From assembly GCF_009914755.1 (NCBI RefSeq), contig NC_060930.1: a stretch of 64,000 nucleotides of DNA; one strand, given 5' to 3'. Position numbers and translations under genes: made by a program. Source of the DNA: the human T2T-CHM13v2.0 reference genome, Homo sapiens. Each line of letters opens with the position of its first letter. Position 1 is the stretch's first letter. The notes beneath the pieces were generated by a model. It saw only the letters and a program-made list of their open reading frames with translations, was not told where the DNA came from and did no database searches. Below, piece by piece: positions 1-16,144 of this stretch.

Positions 1-217
1 TCCACCTCTTGGGTTCAAGAGATCCTCCCACCTCAGCCTCTCAAGTAGCTGGGACTACAGGCATGCACCACCATGCCTGGCTAATTTCTGTATTTTTTGT
101 AGAGACAGGATTTCGCCATGTTGCCCAGGCTGGTCTCAAACTCCTGGGCTCAAGCAGTCTGCCCACCTCGGCCTCTCCAAGTGCTGGGATTACAGGCATG
201 AGCCACTGTGCCTTGCC
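1..217 (-). mobile_element. Alu (J-like), cut by window edge
   Basis: Alu consensus motifs. Confidence 0.9.
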
Positions 218-584
218 GACTCATTCATTTTCTTTCCTCTTATATCTTCACCCTCCATACAACCTTCAGAAAATATCTGATAAACTGTTTTACAGTGAGG
301 CATAAATGAGTGTGATAAACTTTAATGCATTATCCAATCTAGAAATATCTACATATTATTAGAAGACAAAGGAATCCATCTATAATTGTGGACTTTCAGG
401 AATCATCTGGAGAGAAGATGTTTGGGAAACAGAACTGAGATGATAGTTTTTACTGAACCTTAAGTAAGGTGTCAGTTTGTGCCCATCCATCACTCTGAAA
501 TCTGGAATTCTCTAATATGGCAGGACCAGGAAGAGACTTGCAGTTTCAATTTGAACTGTCTTGTTAGCGTAGAACAGGAGTCAT

Positions 585-745
585 CAGTAATAAGGCCATG
601 CACCAGAATCCCAGAAGGTGCTCATGAAATGTAAACTTTCCTAGGCCTCAGACCTAATGGATAAAATCTTCAGGCGTAGGACCTGGGCATCTGCATTTTT
701 AAAAGCCAACAGGTCATTCTGTCCATTCAAGGCTGATACCAGTAG
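585..745. mobile_element. MER5-like hAT remnant
   Basis: gcaccagaatc...cctgggcatctgcatttttaaaag. Confidence 0.55.
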
Positions 746-1737
746 GCCACCACGTTGCTAATAGGGGTATACAGGATCTTGAGTGAGGTTAAATTCTTTA
801 TGGATGTTGACATTGTTTCAATGCACCTTGGAATGTCACTGTTTTGCTGACAAATGATGATGATTAAGAAATTCTTTGTTTAGATCTTGTGACTGTTTTT
901 CTTTCATGCAGAAAAGTTGTGCAGCGACCAACCTAAGAAATAGCTACAGAGAACTTGGAAAAGGTCTGGGGAATGCCCAGAATTTGTAATACTTGTCTAT
1001 GGGGAGAGACTGGAGGGGGCAGAGTGTCCAGTGTTGGAAATCCTTCAAAGTATTATTTATCCAGAATGAAGGATTCACCTAGAAAGCTTGGTGTGAAAGG
1101 CTAGGATCTGTCTGGGTGCTCAGCAACATGGCAGAACTAGAGATGCAACTGGTGCACCTGAAATAACCTAACTCTTCACACTGCATCCTTGATTACAAGC
1201 GTTCACTTACAGACCTTCTCTTGAGTGTTGAGATTGCGCTCAACAGCTTTTGAATCACAGCTTTCTGTTCTTCTCGTTCTTCTGCTGAGTCCCTGTGTTG
1301 GCAAGTCACAAGAGCCTCTCTTCACCTATTATTAATAACTTATCTTTGCATGAAGGTAATACTTGTAGGTAATGCATTTTATATCTTTGGGAGAAAGGAG
1401 AGTGGCTCCCAGAGTTTGGCTGCATTTCTTTACCAACTCATGACTTAAGTTTTGAAGAAGTTCATAGTAACTTCTGTGGTGTAAACAGCTGCATATACTT
1501 TAATTTTATTTAGATGTACAGATGGCAGTTATTCTCCAAGATACTTACTTAGGAGTATACTCAGTAAAATTCTATTTGTCCTTATCCCTGAAGTCCATTT
1601 GCTTCTTATTGTTTTGAGTCATTTACTCAGAATGAACAGAAACATAAAGTCATTGCTTTTATTTATCTGGCATCTGTTTGTGTGCAGTTCAGTTAATCCA
1701 GTTTAGGATCAGGGACTGTAAATGTGAAGGGAAATGA

Positions 1738-2195
<458 letters not shown>

Positions 2196-2372
2196 GACCC
2201 AATGCATTTTGATGGGAGGGATTGAGATGGGGTGAGCAGGAAAGGCTAATTTAAACCATGCAGACCAGCCGAAACTAATTTTTTCTTCAAGTTTGTGAAA
2301 GGGATCACATTTTCGTTTTAACCTGTGAAAACTTTTAATTTTTATTTAAATCACCTCTGTTTTTGCTTTAAG

Positions 2373-2558
2373 ATCCAGCAATGGGAGCAGAATCTTGAGA
2401 AATTTCACATGGATCTGTTCAGGATGCGCTGCTATCTGGCCAGCCTACAAGGTGGGGAGTTACCGAACCCAAAGAGTCTCCTTGCAGCCGCCAGCCGCCC
2501 CTCCAAGCTGGCCCTCGGCAGGCTGGGCATCTTGTCTGTTTCCTCTTTCCATGCTCTG
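2373..2558 (+). CDS. TIAM2: TIAM2 coding exon (coiled-coil/Ex part of PHn-CC-Ex), 62 aa [62 protein letters not shown]
   Basis: ttttgctttaag|ATC acceptor, CTG|gtaagt donor, 186 nt phase 0-0; peptide recognised as the TIAM-family CC-Ex region. Confidence 0.95.
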
Positions 2559-3220
2559 GTAAGTTCCTGAGGAAGGCTGTTTCTGCAGCATTCGGGGAGG
2601 GCTGCGGATGCTCCCCCTTTCTTCAGCTTGTTGCCATCGGCACTTGTGGGGCTTGACCCAACAACTGACACCTAGAGGCCAGGTCACCCAGAGGCCAGGG
2701 GCCTGGAGATGAAGGAGACCAGACGTCGTGCTGTAGAGCCCCCGGTTTCTCTACTGCTTATTCTAGAGTCCAGCAGCTAGTGGACAGTTACTGCATGCTC
2801 ATCTCTGCCTTTCTGTGCATTCCACCATCAGGAAAGTGGGATCCTGGAGAAGGGGCAACAGTGGTGTGAAGATTAAAGGATGGATTAAAGGTTGTTTTCT
2901 CTGTCCTGCAGAGCGCCCCATCAGGTTTTTTGAAGTCGTACCCATTTTGGTGGCTTCTGTGTGTTGTGTTGGCTCAGCCTAGGGGTCTGTAGTGGTTTTG
3001 CTGACGCTGCTGCCCACCATGGAGAGAGCTGACTGTCATGACTTGTGTTATCCAGATGAGAGTGGTCTATATGATGGATGCTTTCCTGGTATTTCAGACA
3101 TGCAGGAGCTTTTGGCGATAGTCAGAATGCATTTATAGCAAGCAGAGCTCACTTCCTTCATTTTTTCTGCCACTCAAATACTAAGCCTTTAGATTTTTTT
3201 TAAACTGTGTTTTACATTAG

Positions 3221-3367
3221 GTATGTTCTAGAGATGACTCTGCTCTCCGGAAAAGGACACTGTCACTGACCCAGCGAGGGAGAAACAAGAAGGGAATATT
3301 TTCTTCGTTAAAAGGGCTGGACACACTGGCCAGAAAAGGCAAGGAGAAGAGACCTTCTATAACTCAG
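3221..3367 (+). CDS. TIAM2: TIAM2 coding exon, 49 aa VCSRDDSALRKRTLSLTQRGRNKKGIFSSLKGLDTLARKGKEKRPSITQ
   Basis: tttacattag|GTA acceptor, CAG|gtgagc donor, 147 nt phase 0-0, open in frame with the previous exon; not in the ORF track. Confidence 0.93.
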
Positions 3368-3453
3368 GTGAGCTTTTCAGCATGGGAACAGCAGACTAGA
3401 GTGAAATTCCTGAAACCCCTAATTTTCGGCCTGCTATGAATCATCAATGTTCA

Positions 3454-3808
<355 letters not shown>

Positions 3809-4260
3809 TTAACCCAACGAAACTGCACAAGTTGCCGTATCTATCCCGGCACCCCTGAAGAGGTAGTCACACTGCGTGCAGTGCTTAAGAACAGAAAAAA
3901 TAAGAATAATCAGAAAATAATCCACACTTTTCCTTCCCTCTAGTACTAATATTTACTTTCTCATAGATTTTATATTAAAATAAATGGAAAATTAATAATC
4001 AGAGGAGTGGCAGCTCAGTTCTGTTGATAGAGCTGTGGATTTTGCTCACTAAATCCTTAGAACATGGCCTTGGGGTTTTGTCATCCCATTTTAGAGACGA
4101 GCAGACTGACACTTGAAGAGGTTACGTCACTTACCTTATCCTGTTCACCAGCACCAAAGGGCAGGGCCAGGACTAGTTTCTGCCTAAGTCCACGGTCTTG
4201 AAACACTGGAAAATTGCTAGTGCTTATTTTCCCTTGGGGAAAGGTGACTCTTGCAACACT

Positions 4261-4578
4261 TTCTTTTTCTTTTCTTCTCTTTTTTTTTTTTCTTTTTTTG
4301 AGATGGAGTCTTGCTCTGTCACCCAGGCTGGAATGTAGTGGTGTGATCTTGGCTCGCCGCAACCTCTGCCTCCTGGGTTCAAGTGATTATCCTGCCTCAG
4401 CCTCCTGAGTAGCTGGGACTATAGGTGCACACCACCATGCCTGGCTAATTTGTGTATTTTTAGTAGAGACAGGGTTTCACCTGTTGGCCAGGCTGGTTGT
4501 GAACTCCTGACCTCAGGTGATCCACCCACCTGGGCCTCCCAGAGTGCTGATTACAGGCGTGAGCCACCGTGCCTGGCC
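4261..4578 (-). mobile_element. Alu (S-like)
   Basis: Alu consensus. Confidence 0.92.
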
Positions 4579-5177
4579 TCTTCTAACATTTTTATTAAGG
4601 AAAAATAGTCTAAGCACATGTTATGTGAAATGTGGCCCAAGTATCGTAAATTGTTTTCAAAACATTTTGAATATGTGTATTTCATGGTGCACCTGTATTT
4701 CATGATGCAGGTGCATGATAATGGATTTTATCTTGCTGATTGATATGTTTTAGGATTATTCTGTTTCAAAGCTGTTGAAAAAATAAGTTATATGATGACC
4801 TGATCATTCAGGTGAATAGGGAAATTGTTTGCAATTAAATCTGAAGAAGTTTTTGCTTTTATTTTCAATGAGCTGCTGTTTTTCTGATTATATTTTCAAT
4901 ATCATTGGAAAGAGAGTCACATTTTATTGGATCTTTGTTTTCTAATTTGTATATGGCTATTTGATAACGCTTTTGTGAATTGGGTAAGTAAAAGGGCCAG
5001 TATCAGTTCCTTTGACTTGTTTAAAACCTTAAAACAATAAAGTTAGAGGTGGTGGAGAGTGGGTTGGTAGATTAACAGACAGCAGAATCACAGGAAACTT
5101 TTCTTATGTGGCCACCATGTTTATATACTCATATACAAAAATAATATCAGATTTTAAAATTGTGGTTCTACTTGTAA

Positions 5178-5487
<310 letters not shown>

Positions 5488-5607
5488 TAATTTAATTTAA
5501 TTGTAAAGAGTAATCTTATTTGTTGGTTGTAATGGAAATGTATTTCCTCATTATTGACTGTAGTCAACTGCAAACCCTTTGCTAATGGTGGGCCTATGCT
5601 TTCTTTA

Positions 5608-5755
5608 TTTTTTAAAAATTGTTTTTGTAGAAATGGGGATGGGAGTGGTCTCCCTATGTTGCCCAGGCTAGTCTCAAATTTCTGGCCTCAATCCATCTTC
5701 CCACCTCAACCTCCCAAAGTCCTGGTATTACAGGTCTGAGCCATAACACCGAGCA
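5608..5755 (-). mobile_element. FLAM/Alu left monomer
   Basis: single-arm Alu motifs. Confidence 0.75.
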
Positions 5756-6308
5756 CTTATGTTTTGTGAACTGAACTTCTTTGATGGTTAACTAATGTCC
5801 TTAAGGTATTTTAATCAAGACAGTATATTCGATATAAATAATAACTTGATAAATAACTTGCTTATTTTTTCTTAGGTGTAGACATTCTGCTAATTAGATA
5901 TGAGCCTAATATGGTTTTTACCCAGCATCTGTGGTAATTTGTTCTCAACATAGACTTTTTGATAAACAAAAGCATTTGGTCGAACATTTTTTGTTTTAAA
6001 AAGATATGAAACTAATTACAGTGTCAGTATTTATATAACTGAATGAAGTTGATTTAGTAGGTATTTCTAAGTGTTTATATTGTTTTTAATGTTAATTATG
6101 CCATTACAAAATTTAGAAGGTGAAATTTGGAAAAGGCAATTGTTTTTAATTCTTCTACCCAAACAAACCACTTTTAACATTTAGCTATATTTTCTTCCAA
6201 GATTTATTCTGTGCACATTAAAAAAAGTAGGTATGAGCTTGATTTTGTTGGTTCTGTTTCACACCTTCAGAAACATGTACTTTTTGGTTAAAAGCATATC
6301 AAGAATGA

Positions 6309-6596
6309 ATTTATTTATTTATTTATTTATTTATTTGATACAGTCTCGTGCTGTTGCCCAGGCTGCAGTGCAGTGGCATGATCTCAGCTCACTGCACCCT
6401 CCGCCTCCCGGGTTCAAGTGATTCTCTGCCTCAGCCTCCTGAGTAGCTGGGACCACAGGCGGGTGCCACCACATCTGGCTAATTTTTGTATTTTTAATGG
6501 AGATGAGGTTTCACTCTTTTGGCCAGGCTGGTCTTGAACTCCTGACCTCAGGTGATCTACCCACCTCAGCCTCCCAAAGTGCTGGGATTACAGGCC
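6309..6596 (-). mobile_element. Alu (S-like), slightly 5'-truncated
   Basis: Alu consensus, (TTTA)n tail. Confidence 0.9.
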
Positions 6597-6803
6597 GACT
6601 TAAATAATAGATGACATAAAAAAGTAAAACGTAACTATGCGGGAAATAAAAACTTTAAGTGTATTAGAATAATGATACAAATTGTGATATGAAGCTCTTC
6701 TAAAATGTTATAGAACTTTAGTTTTTAAATAATGAAAAAGGGTAGCTGGCAGATGAATATTACAGGGCCATTTCATTAGTCTTTTTCCTCCCCCATCTGT
6801 CAG

Positions 6804-6875
6804 ATATTTGATTCAAGTGGCAGCCATGGATTTTCTGGAACTCAGCTACCTCAAAACTCCAGTAACTCCAGTGAG
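6804..6875 (+). CDS. TIAM2: Probable alternative cassette exon, 24 aa IFDSSGSHGFSGTQLPQNSSNSSE
   Basis: ctttttcctcccccatctgtcag|ATA acceptor, GAG|gtaaac donor, 72 nt phase 0-0, no stop; unique sequence between two Alus. Confidence 0.7.
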
Positions 6876-6891
6876 GTAAACTTTGCTATAG

Positions 6892-7252
<361 letters not shown>

Positions 7253-7783
7253 ACAAATGCTAACTTAAGCGAGGAATGCTGGTTCAGAATCTTTACATGA
7301 ACTCCTTGAAAATAGATTTATAATTAAAATGGTCCCAGTAGGTATTCTCTAAAGAGATAGTCTTGAATGCCAAGCATTTTGGAGGTATCTAACCTCATGT
7401 TAACTCCATTTTAAAATTAGTGACATGACTAGACTGAAGTCATAATAATATCTTTGATTTATACATCTCTATTCCTCAGCAGTACTTACCTTCGTTTGAG
7501 AGTTCAGTGAATACAAAATTGCATTTTCCTCTCAGGGTTGTCAGGGATCTTCACATAGATAGTACATTCTATGCTGTGTCTCTCCAGGCGCCGTCAAGGG
7601 GAGCCTGAGTAATGTCTCCTCATCCCTAGAATTGCTTCTGACCAAACAAATCCTCAGAATGATTTCTGAATGAAATCCTAGAGCATGAAATCCCAGATGT
7701 GCCTATGCCTCTTCCTAGTGCCTTTTTCAAACCCACAACATCCCCATGAAGCTGTGTTATTTAATTTCTCCTCCACCAAATAA

Positions 7784-8075
<292 letters not shown>

Positions 8076-8306
8076 AGTTCTTACTCTGCACTTACCATCT
8101 CTTACTGTTAGCCACTCTGTCAAGTGCGTATGTCATGGCTCCCAGGAAAGCTTGTAATCGATATAGTTTATATATGCCCTATTTCTATTAGATGTAGTCA
8201 TTTAATGGCTGAGGAGGACTGATTTGTAATAAAGGCCCATAATTTTAGGGTCCTATCTCTTCCAGCATTATATAACAATGTAAAATTCTTACTTTGAAAG
8301 TTAAGA

Positions 8307-8588
<282 letters not shown>

Positions 8589-10598
8589 TCAGTACACTTC
8601 CTATTAACAGAGTTTATGTTGGACTTTGAAAATAAATTTTGCTGATGTAGCCACTTACAGTGAGAATTTAAGCTTAGTGCTTAAGATGGGCTCAAATCAA
8701 CAGGTCCCATCGATGCTCTAAGGAGTGAGAAGAAACTATGATTTCTGCATTTGTTTTACTCCTATTTGTTTTAGCTAAGCATTACTTGTGATGTAGGGAT
8801 ACTGAAGAAATTCCTTTCATTTATAGGACAATTTTAATGCAGCCTCTGTAATTTCTGTGCTATCGTACCCAGATAACTAGATTCAGATAGAATGGCAGAT
8901 AGAACTAAGGGTGTAATTTGTTTTTTTATATCTCTGGGACTTAAAATTCTGCCTGAGCTGGCTAAATAATTAATATTTCATTTTGCTACTTTTCATCTGC
9001 TAATCATTCTTGGAGAATACTTGTAACCTGCACAAACCTATTTTTATACAATAAGTACATTACGCCCATTTCTATAACACAGAAAGGCTGTTGTGAGGGA
9101 GGGGCCGTGTGCATTTTAAACTATTTCACTCTAATTGATGCATCATATAACAGCCCAACAGTGAGTCACCCTAATTCAAAATCTGTTAAGTCTGGAATAA
9201 AGCCAGTCTTACTTGAACATTTTTTTAGAGGACACTTTGGCTTGCCAAAAATGAAAGCTTTTCATAACGAACGTCTGGATGAGTAATAGTGAGTCTTACA
9301 CGGCCTTTGAAGGGAGGTGTTTGTCATGGAGATTGTGACAACAAAGTCCCCACTAAGGCTCAGATGGCGGCAACCCCGGAAGCTTCATTGCAGAAATTGT
9401 GACAGCCCCTGGGCCTTGGCCCCTTCTTCTGGAAAATTGGCTTGGGGTATTCCAACTTTCTGTGGCAGTGAGTGAATGCAGTATTGTCATCTTAGTCATG
9501 AGCTGTAAACTGAAAAAAAAACCTAAAAAACCCCAAAAAACCCCAAAACCAAAACAAACCCCCTAATATTGTTTTCTTAAATGGAAAATATGAATGAAAC
9601 AGCTTACTCTTCACCACAGTATGGTAATCTGTTTAGAGAGAATATTAATACACAACCCTACATAGCATATATATATGCATACAGCTAGCGAGCTAGCTAG
9701 ATCCATCTTTGTTTTTCTTTCATATCAACCGATGTGTGGGCCTCAGTCCAAGAAGGAAATAAACACTTTCTCTTCTATGACATTTTACTGTTGTTAAGAA
9801 AACTGGGAGCGTGCAACTCCCTTTTGTGTTTTCTCCTCATCTCCCTTGCAAATAGACTTTCCTTTTATCAGCCACTGTGGTGGTTTGGGCCCATTTGTGA
9901 CAGCCAGATTGTGATTTTGCTACTCACTTCCCTTCAGTGATCCAAGTAGTAATTACAAGCCATTTGATCCAAAAGCATCTGCTGTGAGAACACACGGAGT
10001 TTCAATTTTTTCTCCTTGCTGCATACTGAGCATAAGTAATTTGACATGTGGTTTCAGGACCATTGATGTAATAATAATAATAATAAATACTTCTGTGGAA
10101 TGCCCTCCAAGGAGAGCTAAAGTGATTTGCAGACGTTCACTAGTCAGTCTGGAGTGACTGTGGCTGCAGCCCAGTGATGTTCCCGTGTCGTGATGGCCAG
10201 TTGGAGCTGACTGCAAGGTGATCTGAGCAGCAGTGGCCAGAACAGTGGCCCAGGGCTTTGGAACAAAGGATGATTCTCAGGAAGTTCTTTATAGTGGCCA
10301 TCGCTGAAATGCAGTAGCTACTCCCAGTACAGTATAATGCCCTGATCCAGCCTCAGCTTCCAAAAAAAATCTTTACAATTTATGTCTTTCAAATGCAATT
10401 CCTCCCATCAGTCTCCTAACCACCCCACGAGGCTGGCGTTTTTAACCTCTTTTGAAGGTGAAGGAACAGAAGTGCAGAGGCACTAGATAACAGCCCCTAA
10501 CAAGGCTGAGATTTGACCTGGATTGCCTTGCTATTATTGTATTTTTTCTGTCTCCATTTGCATTCTCAGGACCAGGAAACCTTGAAGAGGCTAGTTGG

Positions 10599-10600
<2 letters not shown>

Positions 10601-10665
<65 letters not shown>

Positions 10666-10670
10666 TTTTT
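10601..10670. repeat. (AT)24 microsatellite fused to T22
   Basis: Read directly. Confidence 0.95.
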
Positions 10671-11126
10671 CTTTGATGGGAGGAAGTAGAGTAGGAGGCG
10701 TGGTAGGTGCGTAACAGTCCTGGCAAAGGTAGCCAACCGTGGAATTCTGGGTGGTTAAAAAGGTTAATTTAACATAGCAGCATCTTTGACATGGGTAACC
10801 TGGAAAAAGAGTTTTCCAGATGGCTCCATTTTTAATGCTTATTTTTAGGATTCTCTCTTCTTTTTATGAAAAGAATATTGGAGAATATTTCATCTGGCTT
10901 CCTGAAACTAAAGCATGTGTATTTTCAACTTGGATAGCATTGACCTTCCTTCAGAGAATTAATCCAACTTTCCCTCCAAATGGGCAAAGCTTACAACAAC
11001 CTAAGAGATCTGTAAGCACCAAGTAGCTTTTTCTTTTTCTAGTTTTAATAAATTAATTTTAAATTCTTGGTGCTTCCTTTGAATAACCAGGTTTTACTTT
11101 TCTTGAACTGTATACATTTGTGAGGG

Positions 11127-11128
<2 letters not shown>

Positions 11129-11159
<31 letters not shown>

Positions 11160-11174
11160 TGTCTGTCTGTCTGC
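11129..11174 (+). repeat. (GT)15 followed by (CTGT)n
   Basis: Read directly. Confidence 0.93.
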
Positions 11175-12089
11175 CTAACACACACCAAAAATTACATTTA
11201 ACTTTTCATTGAGGGACTCTCTTGAGAGGGTCTTACTCTTTGATGGCCTTGGCTTTGATAGGCGTCTTCTCTTCTATGGTTCACTAGATCTTGGGTCAAC
11301 AGTGTAGACTCAGAAAACCATTGCTCAGAGCAGTTGTAGCACAGCACCTTGTTTAATGGATTTTAATAGGATTATTTCTTTTGTCCTTCCATCCTTCCAT
11401 CTATCTGCACACTTTTCTCTTGTCCAGAACTTATTCTCCTTCAATAATCTGTTAATTTTTCTTCTCGAAGCTTCCAGAGAGCATTAAGAACTTGACACTA
11501 TGTCAACAGATTTGAGTAAGATACTGAAAACGGACAGCGTTTACCCTTCTGCCTGTAATATGACTGTGAATTTCTAGTTGTATCCAGCTCAGCACTGAAG
11601 TTTTGGGTGTGTCCTGGGTGTGGGACGCACTGTGTTAATGGCTGAGGGAGAATGAGGATGCAGAAGACAAAGCCTCTGCTGGTATTCATCTTCTCCTGGT
11701 GCGGGACTTAGAAGTGACTCTCCTGTGAGCTGGGCTTTGCCAAATGCTGTACCAGGGACATAGGAGAGTAAACTCATCTAAGTGAGAGGACTTGAGGGCA
11801 GAGAAAGGAGAGATAGGAGAGAATTCATAAGACAGGGGCATTTTAAACCAGGTTGGAGGGTATATATGGTTTCAGCACTGACTCTACTTGTAAGGACGGT
11901 ACAGCAGAGAGAGGAGATGGAAGTGAGCACCGGTGTGGAGCAGGAGCATGCCACTCCCTTCTGGGGAATGTTCCCTGAGCCATTCTGTTCAATGGGAACA
12001 TGGTGTGTGGCTTAGAATAATGGAAAGTAATCAGGAGATTTGGGTTGCACCCATTTTATATAAAGGGAGTTAACTGCCAGGCGGGCATT

Positions 12090-12624
<535 letters not shown>

Positions 12625-14139
12625 AAGTGATACAGTCTTTCTCTGATTGTCAGTAACGGTGAGAACAAGAGGGTGTGAAGGCACAGTGTTAATTTGTACT
12701 GCTCATGTTCCTCCCACACCTGTTTATCCATAATTACGTTCTTCCTGATCTCCAAAAGTGCAGCAGTAAATTAATTGCTCTGTCACCCTCAGTGGGAGCC
12801 TGTGACTTCCTCCGGGCCTTGTTCTTTGTGATGTTTCTTACTCCACAGTGACCTCTGCTGGGTTTTAGTTTGCTTCTCAACAAGCCTGGTTTCAGAGGTG
12901 GGGCCTGCACCTTTAAGGCAGCATCTGTTTGTTGCTAAGCACCGGGTTGAAATCACTGCCCAGATGAAAAGTACCCGAGAGAATGAACCAGGGAAAAAAA
13001 TGTGCCTGTGTAAGACAAGAGCCTTTAGCAGAGAGTGTCCGGGCTGGTTCCTGGCATCCCTGGCTCCTTGCATCTGGTCCTGTCTTTTCCTTTGGCATTG
13101 GCACGTGTGGGGATGTGCATTCTGGCTGTGATCATCCTTCCAGAAAAATGTACTGAAAGCGACAGATCCAAGACAAATCCAGAAATGTCACTTCAAAATT
13201 GAGCACCATGTTTTCAAAAAGATGGCACAGAGAGACAGATTTTTCCCTTGCTTTCTTCTTTTAAATTTCTTTACGATGTCTCTTCTAGTTTTTAAATCCT
13301 GCATAGGAGGATCTTTTACTTTGTATTTAAAAATGCATGGAATTCAAAGTAAAATCACCCATTAATGATAACTTTAAAGTATGATGAATGATATATAATA
13401 ATGTGATAGTATTGAATCTACAGGTGACATTTTCTGGTATGTAAGGTGTTTCACATAAGTGACCTCTTTTGCTCACAAAAACTTAAGTAACAAGTAATTT
13501 TTTCAATATGAATTATATTAATAACATCCTCTTTTACAAAACAGGAGCTGAATCGTACGTAACAAGGTAAATCTTGTCCTAGGCCACACTTTGCTGGTAG
13601 AGTCTGTGACTTTTGATTTCGAAGCCCCAAATCTTTTCTTTACTGCTATGTGAATATAAGAACCTACCCAGAGAGAAACATGTCTACATCGCTTAAGAAA
13701 TGTATGCTATTTTTGTTATGAATTACAAAAGGACGTATTAGCATGAAGTCAGCAATTGTTGTGATGATGTAGTTGGCACACTACACTTTTTTGGGAAAGG
13801 CTTCCTGAAGGTGGTATTCTTTGAGATGATTTTCCAACAGTGTCTATGTGTGAGATAGCTGAAGGATAGAGAAAAGATTTCCCAGGACTATGGGTTAATT
13901 TTAAGGAACAAATAGATTTCTGTCAGTGATGAGTCAGGCTAAAATTAAAAAGAAGAAACAAAGACAAAAACACAGATAGTCTTAGAAGAGAAAGCTTGTG
14001 CTGGATTAAGTGCAGTTCAGAGTCAGGATGGCAGGCAGATGTCAGTGACCATGGACAAGGTGTGTCTGGAATTCAGTGGGAGGTCAGAGAGGGATTATGG
14101 CTGAGATGCAGGCTTCACAGTGGCCCTTCTCAACCATGA

Positions 14140-14655
<516 letters not shown>

Positions 14656-14771
14656 TGAAGCGTGTGAGCGTTTACTCTAAATACTCCGTAAATGAACAGG
14701 ACATTTGGCCGGTGGTTTCCTTCATTTGTTAATCAAATTTGTCTGCATTTTCTTTTGGCATCTACAAACAG

Positions 14772-14933
14772 GTCGATGAACTTCTGCATATATATGGTTC
14801 AACAGTAGACGGTGTTCCCCGAGACAATGCATGGGAAATCCAGACTTATGTCCACTTTCAGGACAATCACGGAGTTACTGTAGGGATCAAGCCAGAGCAC
14901 AGAGTAGAAGATATTTTGACTTTGGCATGCAAG
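14772..14933 (+). CDS. TIAM2: TIAM2 coding exon (start of Ras-binding domain), 54 aa VDELLHIYGS...EDILTLACK
   Basis: aaacag|GTC acceptor, AAG|gtaacg donor, 162 nt phase 0-0. Confidence 0.95.
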
Positions 14934-15503
14934 GTAACGGATTTTGCTGCAGAAATATATTTCTGAATAGAAATAATCATTAATGTTGCAATCTTATGCC
15001 TTCTAAATTCATGTGATATTCAAGGGCCCAGTTTCCATGCCAGGGAACATATTAGCATATTTATTAGTTAATATATTTATTAGCATATTCATTAATTTGC
15101 ATTCTATTCCTTGATCTCTTTAGAAGAATGAGTTATTAGGTCATGATCCCACACTTCCATGAAGAACCTGAGCTAATCTACTGAAATTCTATGTATACTT
15201 TGATATCTAGAATAATTATGAAATCCGTTGCTATTTAAGTTACTTAGAGATGGTGTGTTATAAGAAGGCGGCATAAACTTTGAGGTAATTTAATTTAATC
15301 CTAAATAGTTTTATCGGATTTCTCCAGATTAAACACGAAACTTGATATATTCACAGTTGCTTTATGGAGATTAATATAAGATGATGTTTTATTCATTTTT
15401 CAAACTGGGTTTCATTCCTGATCTGAGAAGGGAGTTTATGGTAAGTCTTAAAGAGAGCCCTCTGAGAGAGAATATATTCAGCAACATCAGATCAGAAGCT
15501 TTT

Positions 15504-15522
15504 AGACCACCAGGTGGTGCAG
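15504..15522 (+). promoter_or_regulatory. Candidate CTCF site (forward)
   Basis: AGACCACCAGGTGGTGCAG resembles the CCASYAGRKGGC core. Confidence 0.4.
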
Positions 15523-15848
15523 TAGAGCTTAAATAGTTTTAAGTTTCCAGAGAAAATACAATCAACTATGTTGAAATGGTGAAAAAGGCATATAGAGTTT
15601 GGCAACACTTAATCATGTGCACTTAATAAATGTGAAAAATGTTTAATTTTAGTCCCCCTTTTTCACTTTGACTTGAAACATTAGGATTCTCTACATTTAT
15701 ATGTAGTTTATATCCTTAGGAACTTAATTTCCTTTTGCTCCCATATGTAACGTTTTTATTCAGAAAACCAACAATGTTCTATACCAATGATATCCTCCAT
15801 TAAACTGATAATTTTCTGAGTAATAAAGGGTATCAGAAGTAGTGGGTC

Positions 15849-16144
15849 AGCTGGGAGCAGTGGCTCATGCCTGTAATCCCAGCACTTGGGGAGGCCGAGG
15901 AGGTCAGGAGATCGAGACCATCCTGGCTAACACGGTGAAACCCCGTCTCTACTAAAAATACAAAAAATTAGCTGGGTGTGGTGGCGGGCGCCTGTAGTCC
16001 CAGCTACTCGGGAGGCAGAGGCAGGAGAATGGCGTCAACCTGGGAGGTGGAGCTTGCCTTAAGCCGAGATGGCTCCACTGCACCCCAGCCTGGGCGACAG
16101 AGCAAGACTCCGTCTCAAATTAAAAAAAAAAAAAAAAAAAAAAA
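15849..16144 (+). mobile_element. AluY-like
   Basis: gatcgagaccatcctggctaacacgg; TSD aga(a/t)gtagtgggtca. Confidence 0.92.

Noticed and set aside
15328-15446. Cryptic exon ending at ATG|gtaagt (15440)
   Set aside because: The donor is good but the upstream acceptors are mediocre; isolated donors are common by chance
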